The notes under the pieces: model-generated
What the model saw: only the letters and a program-made list of their open reading frames with translations
Database searches by the model: none
What the model was told of the DNA's origin: nothing
Shown here: piece after piece, positions 45,108 to 55,087 of the stretch
How positions within the stretch are numbered: the first letter of the stretch is position 1
Layout of the letters: each line of letters begins with the position of its first letter
Translations under genes and position numbers: made by a program
Virus record (IMG/VR): IMGVR_UViG_3300005399_000003
DNA length: 64,000 nt
Reading direction: 5' to 3' (one strand)
From: a virus
Taxonomy: Duplodnaviria; Heunggongvirae; Uroviricota; Caudoviricetes

Positions 45108-46384
45108 AGCCGCCCGTCAACATGATGCGCGGGCCGAAGGGCGGCAAGCCGCGATGGCTGTACCTGCACCCCGCGCAGATGAAGGTGTTCAAGCACCCGA
45201 CGCGCTTTAAGGTCGTCGTCGCAGGCCGTCGATGGGGTAAGACCCAGCTGTCAAAAGTCTGGATGATCCACAAGGCAGCCTCGAAGCGCAAGGCGTTGAT
45301 CTGGTACATCGCGCCGACCTATCAGATGGCGCGTCAGATTATGTGGGACGACCTCAAAGAGGCGATCCCGCGAAAGATGCTCAAGGTGCCGCCCAACGAG
45401 ACCTTGATGATGCTCCGCTTCAAGAACGGGTCGATCATCCAGCTCAAGGGTGCCGACAAGCCCGACACGCTGCGCGGTGTGGGCCTTGATGGCGTGGTTC
45501 TCGACGAATTTCAGGACATGCGCGAGGAGACCTGGGATACGGTCATTCAGCCCACACTTGCCTCGACAGGCGGTGAGGCGCTGTTTATCGGCACGCCGAA
45601 GTCTTACAACCACCTCTATGATCTGTTCATGGACGGTCAGAGCGCCAAGCATGAAGATTGGCAGTCCTGGCAGTTCCAGACCATCACGTCTCCGTTCATC
45701 CCGCCCGCAGAGATCGAGCGTGCGCGGCGCACGATGAACGAAAAGGAGTTCCGGCAGGAGTTTGAAGCTTCCTTCGAGACGATGTCGAACCGCGTCTACC
45801 ACGCCTTCGACCGCAACGTGCATGTGGGCCGGGTCAAAATGGACCCGCGCTACGACATTATGGTTGGGATGGACTTCAACGTGGACCCGATGTCCGCGAT
45901 CTTCTTTCAGATCCGAGACGGCTCGGTGCGCGTTTTCGGCGAGCGCATTCTCAGCAACTCTTCGACGCAAGAGATGTCCGGGGAGCTTGATCGTCTGTTC
46001 TGGCGCCAGAAGCACCGCGTGATCATCTACCCTGACCCTGCCGGCACGCAGCGATCCTCGGCCGCCTCCAGCGGTGAGAGTGACTTTGCCATGCTCAAGC
46101 AGATGGGTTTCAAGCGTCTCAAGTATCGCCGCAAGCACCCGCGCATCCGTGACCGTATCAACGCGGTCAATCGCATGCTCATGGCAGGTGACGGCACGTC
46201 TCGGGTTCTGATCGACCACACCTGCAAGAGTTTGATCGAGAGCTTTGAGCAGACGCAGTTCAAGCCGGGATCATCCGAAGTCGACAAGCGCCCCGGTATC
46301 GAACACGCGACGGACGCTTTCGGCTATCCCATCGAGATCGAGTTCCCGGTACGCGACATTCATATCCTGGGGGTTTCCTTCTGA
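45104..46384 (+). CDS. terminase large subunit
   Basis: Walker A VVVAGRRWGKT, Walker B VVLDEF, and a C-terminal nuclease region. Confidence 0.8.
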   Translation: MKPPVNMMRGPKGGKPRWLYLHPAQMKVFKHPTRFKVVVAGRRWGKTQLSKVWMIHKAASKRKALIWYIAPTYQMARQIMWDDLKEAIPRKMLKVPPNETLMMLRFKNGSIIQLKGADKPDTLRGVGLDGVVLDEFQDMREETWDTVIQPTLASTGGEALFIGTPKSYNHLYDLFMDGQSAKHEDWQSWQFQTITSPFIPPAEIERARRTMNEKEFRQEFEASFETMSNRVYHAFDRNVHVGRVKMDPRYDIMVGMDFNVDPMSAIFFQIRDGSVRVFGERILSNSSTQEMSGELDRLFWRQKHRVIIYPDPAGTQRSSAASSGESDFAMLKQMGFKRLKYRRKHPRIRDRINAVNRMLMAGDGTSRVLIDHTCKSLIESFEQTQFKPGSSEVDKRPGIEHATDAFGYPIEIEFPVRDIHILGVSF

Positions 46385-46437
46385 GCTTTGAAATCAGTCA
46401 GCACTGAGTTACAATGCCCAGGCCAAAGAGGTTCATC

Positions 46438-48096
46438 ATGCCAAAAGACACGTCCACAGATACAGTCGACCCCTCCTTCTTCGAGCGGCGCCACCCCGAT
46501 TACTCGGGGAAGTTGGCGCATTGGAACTTCCTGGAGGCAACCTACTACGGTGGGCGGGATTGGTTCAAAAAGAACGTCCACAAGTATTTCCGCGAAGGGT
46601 CGGGGGAGTACAGCGATCGGATCGAGCGGGCTTATCGCTTCAACCATACGCGCGAGATCGTCGATCTGGTGACGAAGTATGTCTACAAGGGCGACATCAT
46701 TCGGAAGTCTGATGCGCCCAAGTTCATTGATGACTTCTGGAAGAAGACGACCAAAGGCGGCCGGGACATCGACGCTTTCATGCGGCAGGTCTCGCAGATG
46801 ACCTCTGTTTTCGGTCAGCCCTATATCGTCATGGACAGCACCATCACGCTCAAAGAGGGCGAGAAGCTGAGCCAAGCAGAGGTCGAACGCCGGGGCGGTC
46901 GGGTCTATGCCTATCTGGTCAAACCCCAAGATGCGCTCGACATGTCCTTTGATGCACATGGCGAGCTGAACTGGATCATCTTTAGCGAAGTCAGCCGCCA
47001 GGACACGGACTTCTTTTCCGCGCAAAAGACCGTCACCCGCTATCGTCTCTGGACCCGCAAGAGCTGGTATCTGTTTGAGATTGAGCAGGGTGAAGCGAAG
47101 ACAGATGGCAAGCCCGCGATCAAGGTCGTCACGCCCGATGTAACGCCCATGGTCACCCCCTCGGGCGCGGCCAATGTCAACAAGAACACGAGCAAGCTCA
47201 AGGTTGTGTTGAAGGGCAGGGGTGATCACAATCTCGGAGAAGTGCCTGTCATCGTTCCGCGTGAGCGTCATTCGGACACGAGCTATTCGGCCCCGGGCTT
47301 GATCGACGATACCGCCTATCTCGACCGCGCTGTCGCGAACTATCTGTCGAACCTCGATGCAATCATTCAGGATCAGACCTTCTCGACACTGGTGATCCCG
47401 TCGCAGGCGCTGAACTCTGCGGATTCCGGTGAGAGCGTCAAGAAGAAGGTGATCGAGCTGGGCACCAATCGCGTCGTCACCTACGACGCCGAGGCAGGCA
47501 TTGCGCCGCAGTATATCTCACCTGACCCCGGTCAGGTCGCAATCATTCTCGGGGTGATCACCAAGATCATCACCGAAATCTATCACTCTGTCGGCATGGC
47601 CGGCGAGCGCACGAAGAGCGACAATGCCGCGGGCATCGACAACAGCTCGGGCGTGGCGAAGGCATATGACTTCGACCGCATGAACACCATGCTCAAGTCC
47701 AAAGCTGACACGCTGCAAACTGTCGAGAACGACATGGTGCGGCTTGCGCATCTGTGGTTCGGACAGAAGCCCCCGGAAGACCGTGACTTCGTGCGCTACC
47801 CTGATGATTTTGACACGCGCAATCTCTACGACGAGTTTGACGTTGCCAATCGACTGGCTCTGCTCGATGCGCCCGACGGCGTGCGACAGCACCAGATGAT
47901 GACCTTGATCGAGAAGCTCTTCCCGAACCTGACCGACGAGCTGAAATCGGAAATCGAGAAGCAGATCGAGGACTGGCCGCCAGAAGAGGCGGTATCGATC
48001 CGAGCGCCCTCAAGGCTACAGGATCGAAACGTACCCCAAGAAGAGAACAGGCAAGGCCAGGCTGGCGGCGCCGACAACCCCAAGGACGAAGGATGA
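46438..48096 (+). CDS. portal protein
   Basis: Size and position after TerL. AAGAGG RBS. Confidence 0.6.
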   Translation: MPKDTSTDTVDPSFFERRHPDYSGKLAHWNFLEATYYGGRDWFKKNVHKYFREGSGEYSDRIERAYRFNHTREIVDLVTKYVYKGDIIRKSDAPKFIDDFWKKTTKGGRDIDAFMRQVSQMTSVFGQPYIVMDSTITLKEGEKLSQAEVERRGGRVYAYLVKPQDALDMSFDAHGELNWIIFSEVSRQDTDFFSAQKTVTRYRLWTRKSWYLFEIEQGEAKTDGKPAIKVVTPDVTPMVTPSGAANVNKNTSKLKVVLKGRGDHNLGEVPVIVPRERHSDTSYSAPGLIDDTAYLDRAVANYLSNLDAIIQDQTFSTLVIPSQALNSADSGESVKKKVIELGTNRVVTYDAEAGIAPQYISPDPGQVAIILGVITKIITEIYHSVGMAGERTKSDNAAGIDNSSGVAKAYDFDRMNTMLKSKADTLQTVENDMVRLAHLWFGQKPPEDRDFVRYPDDFDTRNLYDEFDVANRLALLDAPDGVRQHQMMTLIEKLFPNLTDELKSEIEKQIEDWPPEEAVSIRAPSRLQDRNVPQEENRQGQAGGADNPKDEG

Positions 48097-49046
48097 ACAT
48101 GAAAAACCGCCTTACCCAACCGACTGACCCTTACGATACACCTGCGTGGATGGCGTTCTACGCAGCGAACCCCGGCTTCCGCCGCTCTGTGGGCGCTGAG
48201 GGCGTCAATGACGACGATCCAGCCCCGGGCGCTGACGATGACCCCCAAGACCCGCCCAAGGGCGACGACAAGACGCCCCAAGACCCTCCCAAGGGCGACG
48301 ACGACCCGAAAGACCCGCCCAAGGGCGACGACAAAGACAAGAAGCCCTCGGACGAAGAGGCGCGTTTGCTGCAAGACCTGATGAAGCACAAGAAGGCCGC
48401 GCGTGAAGCGCAGGCCAAGCTGAAGGACTATGACGGCGTCGATGTCGAAGAATACAAGCGGCTCAAGCAGGCGTCGGCTGACGCGGCTCAGGCTGAGCTT
48501 GAGGCTAAGGGCCAGTTTGACGAAGTGAAGCGTCAGATGCGCGAGGCGCATGATCAAGAGATCACGACCATTCGCGCGGAGTCGGAAGAGAAAGACAAGA
48601 CCATCGCCGAGCTGAAGGCGCAGATCGAAGAGCTGACCGTCGGCTCCAGCTTCGGCTCGTCGAAGTTCCTCAAGGAAGAGACCCTGCTGCCGCCCTCGAA
48701 GGCGCGTCGTCTCTATGGTGAGCACTTCGAGATCGAAGACGGCAAGGTCGTGGCCTATGACAAGCCCAAGGGCGCTGCCAACCGCTCGCCGCTGGTTGAC
48801 GGTCGTGGCGACCCGCTGCCTTTCGAGGATGCGATTTCGAAGATCTTCAAGGCTGATCCCGACAGCAAGGAGATGCTGCGCAGCGCCCTGCGCCCCGGCT
48901 CCGACAGCGATCCGTCGAATGCCAAGTCCGACCCGGCCAAGGATCAAAAGCCGATGTCGCGGCAGGAGAAGATCGCCAGTGGCCTCTCCAGCCTCTTCGA
49001 GGGCGGCAATCAAGAGCCGTTCAGCGAGATGTTCAATACGAAGTGA
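48093..49046 (+). CDS. scaffolding protein (putative)
   Basis: PKGDD repeats and a coiled-coil K/E-rich region, directly upstream of the capsid gene. Confidence 0.5.
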   Translation: MNMKNRLTQPTDPYDTPAWMAFYAANPGFRRSVGAEGVNDDDPAPGADDDPQDPPKGDDKTPQDPPKGDDDPKDPPKGDDKDKKPSDEEARLLQDLMKHKKAAREAQAKLKDYDGVDVEEYKRLKQASADAAQAELEAKGQFDEVKRQMREAHDQEITTIRAESEEKDKTIAELKAQIEELTVGSSFGSSKFLKEETLLPPSKARRLYGEHFEIEDGKVVAYDKPKGAANRSPLVDGRGDPLPFEDAISKIFKADPDSKEMLRSALRPGSDSDPSNAKSDPAKDQKPMSRQEKIASGLSSLFEGGNQEPFSEMFNTK

Positions 49047-49240
49047 TGACTTGCCAGGTTGTTGCAACTAGGGCGCCTTCGGGCGCCCTTTTCTTTGGGT
49101 GTTGCATAGATGCCATGCGGTGTGGTATTATTAGTCATCGCTGACTGATCGAGAGAATGGGAGGTCGGCACCCCAATGCGCGCGAGTGACCGCTGCGCCT
49201 GGTCTGCAAATCTCAAAACCTATCTCTTGGAGGATTCCAA

Positions 49241-50143
49241 ATGCCTTTGCTTCGCACGGAAGCTGAAAAGCTTTCTAACAACACCCTGCTGTCCGGCGTG
49301 GTTGAAGAAATCATCGACCGCGACGCAATGTTCGCCCTGCTTCCGTTCACCAAGGTGAACTCGAAAGCGCTTGTCTATAACCGTGAAAACACTCTCGCCG
49401 AAGGTGACTTCCTTGATCCCAACGAAGCCATCAACGAAGGCGCCGCGACCTTCACCGAAGTGACCGCGAAGCTGCGCATCCTTGCTGGCGACGTTGACGT
49501 GGACAAGTTCCTGCAAACCACAATGTCGGACACCTCCGATCAGGTTGCGATCCAGCTGATGCAGAAGGCGAAGGCCCTCTCCCGTCAGTTCCAGCGCACC
49601 GTGGCTCAGGGTAACGCGACCACTTCCCCGAAAGAGTTCGACGGTCTGCCCCAGCTGGTTGCCAACGACATGACCATCGCTGCTGGCGCCAACGGCGGTG
49701 CTGTGACCATTGAAATGCTCGACGAGCTGAAGGATATGGTCAAGTACGGCATCGACGCATACGTCATGCGTGCCGGTACATGGCGTGCGATCCGCACCGC
49801 GCTGCGTGCGATGGGCGGCACCACACCGACCATGATCGAGATGGAGAACTTCGGTTATCCGATGCCTGCGCTCGACGGTATCCCGGTTGTGGTCAACGAC
49901 TGGCTTGCTGCTGACGAAGTTCAGGGCACCGAGAATGCTTCCTGCTCCATCTACGGCGTTCGCATGAACGAAGTTGACGGTCTGCACGGCATCTACGGCG
50001 GTGACTCTGCTGGTCTGGTCGCTGAAAGCGTCGGCACCGTGCAGAACAAAGACGCATGGCGCTTCCGCCTGAAGTGGTATGCCGGCATGGCCCTGCGCTC
50101 CACGCAGTCGCTGGCCCGCCTCAAAGGTGTGACCAACATTTAA
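49241..50143 (+). CDS. major capsid protein (HK97-fold, putative)
   Basis: GGAGGA RBS. 300 aa. Codon usage suggests high expression. Position after the scaffold gene. Confidence 0.6.
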   Translation: MPLLRTEAEKLSNNTLLSGVVEEIIDRDAMFALLPFTKVNSKALVYNRENTLAEGDFLDPNEAINEGAATFTEVTAKLRILAGDVDVDKFLQTTMSDTSDQVAIQLMQKAKALSRQFQRTVAQGNATTSPKEFDGLPQLVANDMTIAAGANGGAVTIEMLDELKDMVKYGIDAYVMRAGTWRAIRTALRAMGGTTPTMIEMENFGYPMPALDGIPVVVNDWLAADEVQGTENASCSIYGVRMNEVDGLHGIYGGDSAGLVAESVGTVQNKDAWRFRLKWYAGMALRSTQSLARLKGVTNI

Positions 50144-50221
50144 TCGTGCCAATAAGTCACGAATGACTTACAATAGGGCAGGCTCTTCGGGGCCTGCCCT
50201 TTTTCACATAGAGGAACAGAT

Positions 50222-50788
50222 ATGTCCAAGATCAAACTGATGTCCAAAGGCATGAACAAGTTCACTGGCAACCTCGGCACCGTCGCCTTCGAGAATGGCG
50301 TATCCGTCGAGATGCCGTCGCAGGCCGAAACCAATCGTCTCGCAGCCATCACCAAGATCGAAGTGATCGACGACGAAGGCGCCTCGCAAGGTCAGGCGGG
50401 CCTCGGTGTCGGCATGGCGGCCGGTCGCGGCGTGGGTATCGCCAATGCCGCCCACTCCGAGCGCGGTGAGCGCGAGCCCTATCAAGTCGAGAAGAACGCG
50501 GCTGATGTCCAGGTTGGCGGCACAGAGCCTGCTAAAGATGACGTGGATGACGCTGAGCGCGCGCTGAATGAGATGGTCAATGAAGCCGAGCAGGGCGCCG
50601 AAGGCGGCGCATCGACGGAGGGTGAAGAAGGCGAGGATCGTAAGGTCTACACCGCCGACGAGCTGGCCGAGATCGCTGATGCCGAAGGTATTCAGGGTCT
50701 GCGCAAGATCGCCAATCCGCTCAACGTGAAGGACAACTCCATCGCGGGGCTGATCAAGGAAATCCTGAACGCACAAGGTAGCAAGTGA
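50222..50788 (+). CDS. head-associated protein with C-terminal HeH/Rho-N-like motif
   Basis: ELAEIADAEGIQGLRKIANPL...IAGLIKEIL. Confidence 0.4.
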   Translation: MSKIKLMSKGMNKFTGNLGTVAFENGVSVEMPSQAETNRLAAITKIEVIDDEGASQGQAGLGVGMAAGRGVGIANAAHSERGEREPYQVEKNAADVQVGGTEPAKDDVDDAERALNEMVNEAEQGAEGGASTEGEEGEDRKVYTADELAEIADAEGIQGLRKIANPLNVKDNSIAGLIKEILNAQGSK

Positions 50789-50789
50789 G

Positions 50790-51596
50790 ATGACCAGTCA
50801 AACGTACACCGCAGGAAGCGATTGCCGTATCGAGGTCGATCTGGTTGACGAAAACGGCCTCGCCATCGACGGGACCAGCTATGCCTGGGAACTGCTGAAT
50901 GAAGAGGGCGACCAGATCGCCACTGATGTTGGTTCGCTTGCTGCGGGTGCGGTGACTGCCACCATCACTGTCCCGGCCGCCCAGAACACTCTGCCGGCCG
51001 GGGTTCGCATGGGCGGGCGCATGCTCAGTGTGGTCGTTACTGACGATCAAGGTGACACGCACAGCATGGGCGTCACCTACCTGCTGCGCGCCAATGTCTT
51101 TCTGCAAGTCCCCTCGGAAAGCGGTCAGACCCTCATTCAGGCGATGATCATGTCTCAGGGCATGCCGCCTGTGTTGATGGAAAGCTTTCGCTTTTCCAGC
51201 GACGCCGAGCGCGAAGCGGCCCTTGCTGAAGCCTGGGCCCGGCTGTCAAAGATTTCCCTCGACCCTTTCCGCGACACCGACGTGCCGGATTCCGCTCTCT
51301 CTGAGGAGATCTTGAGCCGCAGCTTTGCGGTCAATGAGATCAGCAAGGCGGATTGGGACTTGCTGCCCGAACACTTTCGCACCGCCTGTCGGCGCGCGCA
51401 GATCATCGAAGCGACCGTCCTGCTTGGGGGTGATCCGACCTGGGAGAACAGAGAGAACGGCCTGCTATCTAAGTCAGTAGGTGAAAGCTCGGAGATGTTT
51501 CGTTCCCGACCTCCTGCACCTTCCGCCCTGTCGCCCAAGGCCCGCCGTGAGGTTGCTGCCTATATCAACTCCAACGTGATCGTTCGCCGCGCATGA
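50790..51596 (+). CDS. structural protein (hypothetical)
   Basis: Position in the structural module. Confidence 0.45.
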   Translation: MTSQTYTAGSDCRIEVDLVDENGLAIDGTSYAWELLNEEGDQIATDVGSLAAGAVTATITVPAAQNTLPAGVRMGGRMLSVVVTDDQGDTHSMGVTYLLRANVFLQVPSESGQTLIQAMIMSQGMPPVLMESFRFSSDAEREAALAEAWARLSKISLDPFRDTDVPDSALSEEILSRSFAVNEISKADWDLLPEHFRTACRRAQIIEATVLLGGDPTWENRENGLLSKSVGESSEMFRSRPPAPSALSPKARREVAAYINSNVIVRRA

Positions 51597-52357
51597 TGTC
51601 CCCCTTCGACCGCATTGAACTTATCGCCGATCAATCTGCGGCCCGCTATCGCAGTACGCTGGACATTCTGCGCAATCAGGAGACAGCGGCGCTGATGACG
51701 CAAGATGCCACAACCCCAGCTGCGGTGCGGGCACTCAAGACATCCCTTGAGCGCATTGGCGACATCTTCCTCACCGACGAAGAAGAGAAGTTGCGCGGGC
51801 TGATGGAGGAGATGTTCGATCTCGCTCACACTGAGGCGGCGCGGCAGATGGGTGACGGAATGCGTCTCAGCGCCCAGCACATCGACACCTTCCTTGAGTT
51901 CGGTGTTGATGAAATCGAGGCCCAGCTGGTGCGTGATGTGGCGCAGATCATCAAGCACCATCGCAAACGCGGGATCGAGGCACAGATGCGCGCCAACGCC
52001 CGGGGCCTGTCAGTCAATGAGGCGCTGATGGAGATCCGGATCGAGGGTATCGGTGATCGGGCTTCGTTGTGGTTCACAGATAGGGCAGGGCGGCGCATCG
52101 CGAGCCAAAAGCATATGCGTCGCTTCTACAGGGCTTTGATGCGTGACGGGTATCTGAGCGCCCTAGCGTCTCTGCTTGCGCTGAGAGGGGCTGACAGCGC
52201 CCGTATCGTGCATCCTGACCCTAGTCACAAGAGCTTCGGGGAGATCGTGCGTCTCGACGGGGCAAAACCTGACCTTTCGAGCTATGAGAGCGTCTTTCAC
52301 CCCAATTCCCAGGCCACTCTTTTGGTCGAGAACCTGTTTCAGGAGAAGTACACATGA
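51593..52357 (+). CDS. structural/head-morphogenesis protein (hypothetical)
   Basis: ATGATG overlap with the upstream gene. Confidence 0.45.
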   Translation: MMSPFDRIELIADQSAARYRSTLDILRNQETAALMTQDATTPAAVRALKTSLERIGDIFLTDEEEKLRGLMEEMFDLAHTEAARQMGDGMRLSAQHIDTFLEFGVDEIEAQLVRDVAQIIKHHRKRGIEAQMRANARGLSVNEALMEIRIEGIGDRASLWFTDRAGRRIASQKHMRRFYRALMRDGYLSALASLLALRGADSARIVHPDPSHKSFGEIVRLDGAKPDLSSYESVFHPNSQATLLVENLFQEKYT

Positions 52358-52743
52358 GCTTTCGTCCGCGCTATCCCTGCGTCATCATTCGCCAATCCTC
52401 GGGCGGGTTCGACGGTTTTGGTCGCCCCAAGACTTCATCCAAGCGGATCAAGACCCGCTGCGATGTCGTGCATATCCGCGAAGAAGCAGAACACACCACT
52501 GTTCGAGCAGACAGCTCCGCATCCCGAGGGCGCGCGGAAGAGTTCGTCAACGATGCGCGTTTGATGGTGAACCCACGCGAGGATGTGCGCCTGGGTGATC
52601 TGGTCGAGGTCAAGAGCTTCGGCGAGCCCGGCGCGCGCAACACTTTCGAGATCGTGCGCATCATGCGCCGGGTGGATGTCGGCGGTCGCGTTCATCACAT
52701 CGAGATCGACTGTGACCGCTACGCCCCATCGGAGGCGGTCTGA
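52354..52743 (+). CDS. head-tail connector protein (putative)
   Basis: Size and position. Confidence 0.45.
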   Translation: MSFRPRYPCVIIRQSSGGFDGFGRPKTSSKRIKTRCDVVHIREEAEHTTVRADSSASRGRAEEFVNDARLMVNPREDVRLGDLVEVKSFGEPGARNTFEIVRIMRRVDVGGRVHHIEIDCDRYAPSEAV

Positions 52744-53150
52744 TGGGTATGAAGATCAAAAATCGAGGCGCGGTGGGAGTGGGGCTGGAGAAGTACGCGC
52801 GAAAGAGCACTCGCGCCCTGCGGCGGGTTCAGGCTGATGCGGCCGAGGAGCTGGCCGACGCTGCATCTGAGATGGCGCCCTTCAAAACGGGCGATCTGGA
52901 ATCGAGCATGGAAGTGCTGCGCGAGAAGGGCGCCGGTGGTCGTGTAACCTATGTCATCAGACCAAGCCCGGACATTCCTTACGCCACGCGCATGCATGAG
53001 GAAATCTACGAACTCGGCCCGGGCTCCATCGAGAAGAGCGAGACCAGCCGCTTCCCCGTGGGGCGGAAGTACCTCTCGCGCGCCGTTGATTACATCGTGG
53101 GCGAGTGGGGGCTGATGCGTCGCGCCAAAGAAGCAATGAGGAAGAAGTAA
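52743..53150 (+). CDS. HK97 gp10-family tail-component protein
   Basis: MKIKNRGAVGV...MAPFKTGDLESSM follows the gp10-family pattern. Confidence 0.55.
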   Translation: MGMKIKNRGAVGVGLEKYARKSTRALRRVQADAAEELADAASEMAPFKTGDLESSMEVLREKGAGGRVTYVIRPSPDIPYATRMHEEIYELGPGSIEKSETSRFPVGRKYLSRAVDYIVGEWGLMRRAKEAMRKK

Positions 53151-53533
53151 TGGATCTGACACCCCTTCGAGACTTTGTCATCGACCAAGAGCCTGACTAT
53201 GAAGAGGGGCGCAATCTCTTCATGTTCCATATGCCCGCACAAGTGCAGATTGGCGCTGTACTGGTTGTCGAAACCCCGGGCGCAGGTGTCGATCACGAAA
53301 TCCCCGGCACCTTCAAGCAGCGCATTCAGGCGATCGTGCGGCACTCGGATTACACCGAAGGGCAGCGCATGGCGCGACAGCTCTATGACATGCTGAACCT
53401 GCGCCGGGAGCAGATCGGCGACTATTACTTTCACTACATCATGCCGCGTCATCTTCCGATCGCTTACAGGCGAGGGGAGAGCGGTCTGATCGAGTTCTCG
53501 GTGAATTACGACACCCACTTTGCGGAGACATGA
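53150..53533 (+). CDS. tail completion/terminator-like protein (putative)
   Basis: TAATG overlap; position. Confidence 0.45.
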   Translation: MDLTPLRDFVIDQEPDYEEGRNLFMFHMPAQVQIGAVLVVETPGAGVDHEIPGTFKQRIQAIVRHSDYTEGQRMARQLYDMLNLRREQIGDYYFHYIMPRHLPIAYRRGESGLIEFSVNYDTHFAET

Positions 53534-53534
53534 G

Positions 53535-53720
53535 ATGTGGAACCCGGTCAAATGGTTCAAGCGATGGCGAAAGCTGCGGGGCATTGATGAAGAGATCAGC
53601 GCAGCCAGCACGGCGCTTTATCTTGCCCTTGCGGCCAATGATGTGAAGCGCATGGCCCGCTTGAGACATATCCTGCATCAGCTGATGGATGAGCGACATC
53701 GAGTTAAGCTCGACCTGTGA
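53535..53720 (+). CDS. small basic protein
   Basis: ORF; start uncertain (TTG 53520 or ATG 53535). Confidence 0.35.
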   Translation: MWNPVKWFKRWRKLRGIDEEISAASTALYLALAANDVKRMARLRHILHQLMDERHRVKLDL

Positions 53721-53811
53721 TCCTGCCTTAGCCCTATTGGTAAGTCAATACTGACTGTGGTATACTTGCGCCAGTTGTGCCCGTTCACCGACTTACTGAA
53801 AGGATCATTCG

Positions 53812-54330
53812 ATGCCCAGCTCCACACAGAACGTCAAGGTCGGTGTCTGCACCGTTGACTTTGGCGGCACCAATCTCGGCTTCACCAAAGGCGGCGTGTC
53901 CGTCTCTGTGACCACCGAGACTTACTCCGTCACCGTCGACCAATTTGGCGACACCGCAATCTCTGAAATCATCACGGGTCGTACCGTCACCGTGAGCACA
54001 CCTCTTGCCGAGACCACGCTCGAAAACCTCGTGCAGGTTATGCCTGGCGCCACTCTGATCGGCACCGGTGCCAGCAAGAAGGTCGAAGTTGTCGATGCGG
54101 TCTCCACTGACTTGCTGTCGATCTCCGACAAGCTGACCCTGCACCCGCAGGCGCTTGCTGAGACTGACAAGTCGGAAGACTTTGTCATCCCCTACGCCTC
54201 GACGCCTGGTCAGATCGAGTTCGCCTACGAGCTGAACTCCGAGCGCGTGTTCAATTGCGAATGGAAGGGCTATCCCGACCCGACCACGCGCGTTCTCTTC
54301 ATCTTCGGTGACGAGACAGCTACGGCCTAA
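53812..54330 (+). CDS. major tail protein
   Basis: GAAAGGA RBS. Ser/Thr/Val-rich beta-strand protein upstream of the chaperone and tape-measure genes. Confidence 0.6.
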   Translation: MPSSTQNVKVGVCTVDFGGTNLGFTKGGVSVSVTTETYSVTVDQFGDTAISEIITGRTVTVSTPLAETTLENLVQVMPGATLIGTGASKKVEVVDAVSTDLLSISDKLTLHPQALAETDKSEDFVIPYASTPGQIEFAYELNSERVFNCEWKGYPDPTTRVLFIFGDETATA

Positions 54331-54395
54331 GATTGAAGTCAGTGGTGACTTACACTAAGATGAAGTCACCACTGACACTCACAAGGTTCCCCAAC

Positions 54396-54767
54396 ATGTC
54401 CGACGTTCACTACCTCGATCTCGATGATGCCGTTCCCACCGTCAAGAAGACGGTCAAGATCGACGGCAAAGAGTATTCTTTCAAAGAGCCTACCATCGAA
54501 GACTTCGCCAAAGACATGGCGCGCATGAAAGACGTGAAGCGCCGGTCCAATGAGATCGCCGAAGAAGAAGGTCTCAACGATCAGGAACGCGACCTGAAAC
54601 ACACCGAGCTTATGCTGACCGTCATGCTGGACGGCATTCGCCAAGCATTCCCCGACATGCCCGAAGAGGTCATCAGGGGTCTTTCAACCCCGCGCATCAC
54701 CGCCATCCGCGACTTCATTCAAGCCGAAGTTACCAAGGATGCCGAGGACGAGTCGGGAAACGCATAA
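54396..54767 (+). CDS. tail assembly chaperone (G-like)
   Basis: Acidic protein immediately upstream of the tape-measure gene. Ends at a slippery site. Confidence 0.5.
   Translation: MSDVHYLDLDDAVPTVKKTVKIDGKEYSFKEPTIEDFAKDMARMKDVKRRSNEIAEEEGLNDQERDLKHTELMLTVMLDGIRQAFPDMPEEVIRGLSTPRITAIRDFIQAEVTKDAEDESGNA
54755..54761 (+). other. programmed -1 frameshift slippery heptamer G_GGA_AAC
   Basis: The -1 frame is open from here to 55078. Confidence 0.5.
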
Positions 54768-55078
54768 CGGGCTCCGGGATCACCAAGATCGACTTCGGTC
54801 TGCTCTTCTCGCGAGTCCTTCACCACTACGGCCTGAGCTACCAGGACGCCCGCCAGCTGCCTCTCAGAACCTTCTGGATGCTGTCGCGCAACATACCCCG
54901 GATCAGTGCCGACAACTCCCTTCGCATGATGAACGCCTTTGCCGCGGCACAGAGCGCTGAGGGGTACAAAAAGGCCGCCGAGGGCCTGCAACGAGAAGTG
55001 GGCGATTTCGTCCTTGAGGAAGCTCCAGAGCCGGAAGGGATGGAGCAGTTGCGCGGCCTCATGAAGAGGCTGCGGTAG
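54757..55078 (+). CDS. frameshift extension of tail assembly chaperone (GT-like product)
   Basis: Frame -1 relative to G is open with no stop until 55076-55078, just before the tape-measure start. Confidence 0.45.
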
Positions 55079-55087
55079 GAGCGTAAG

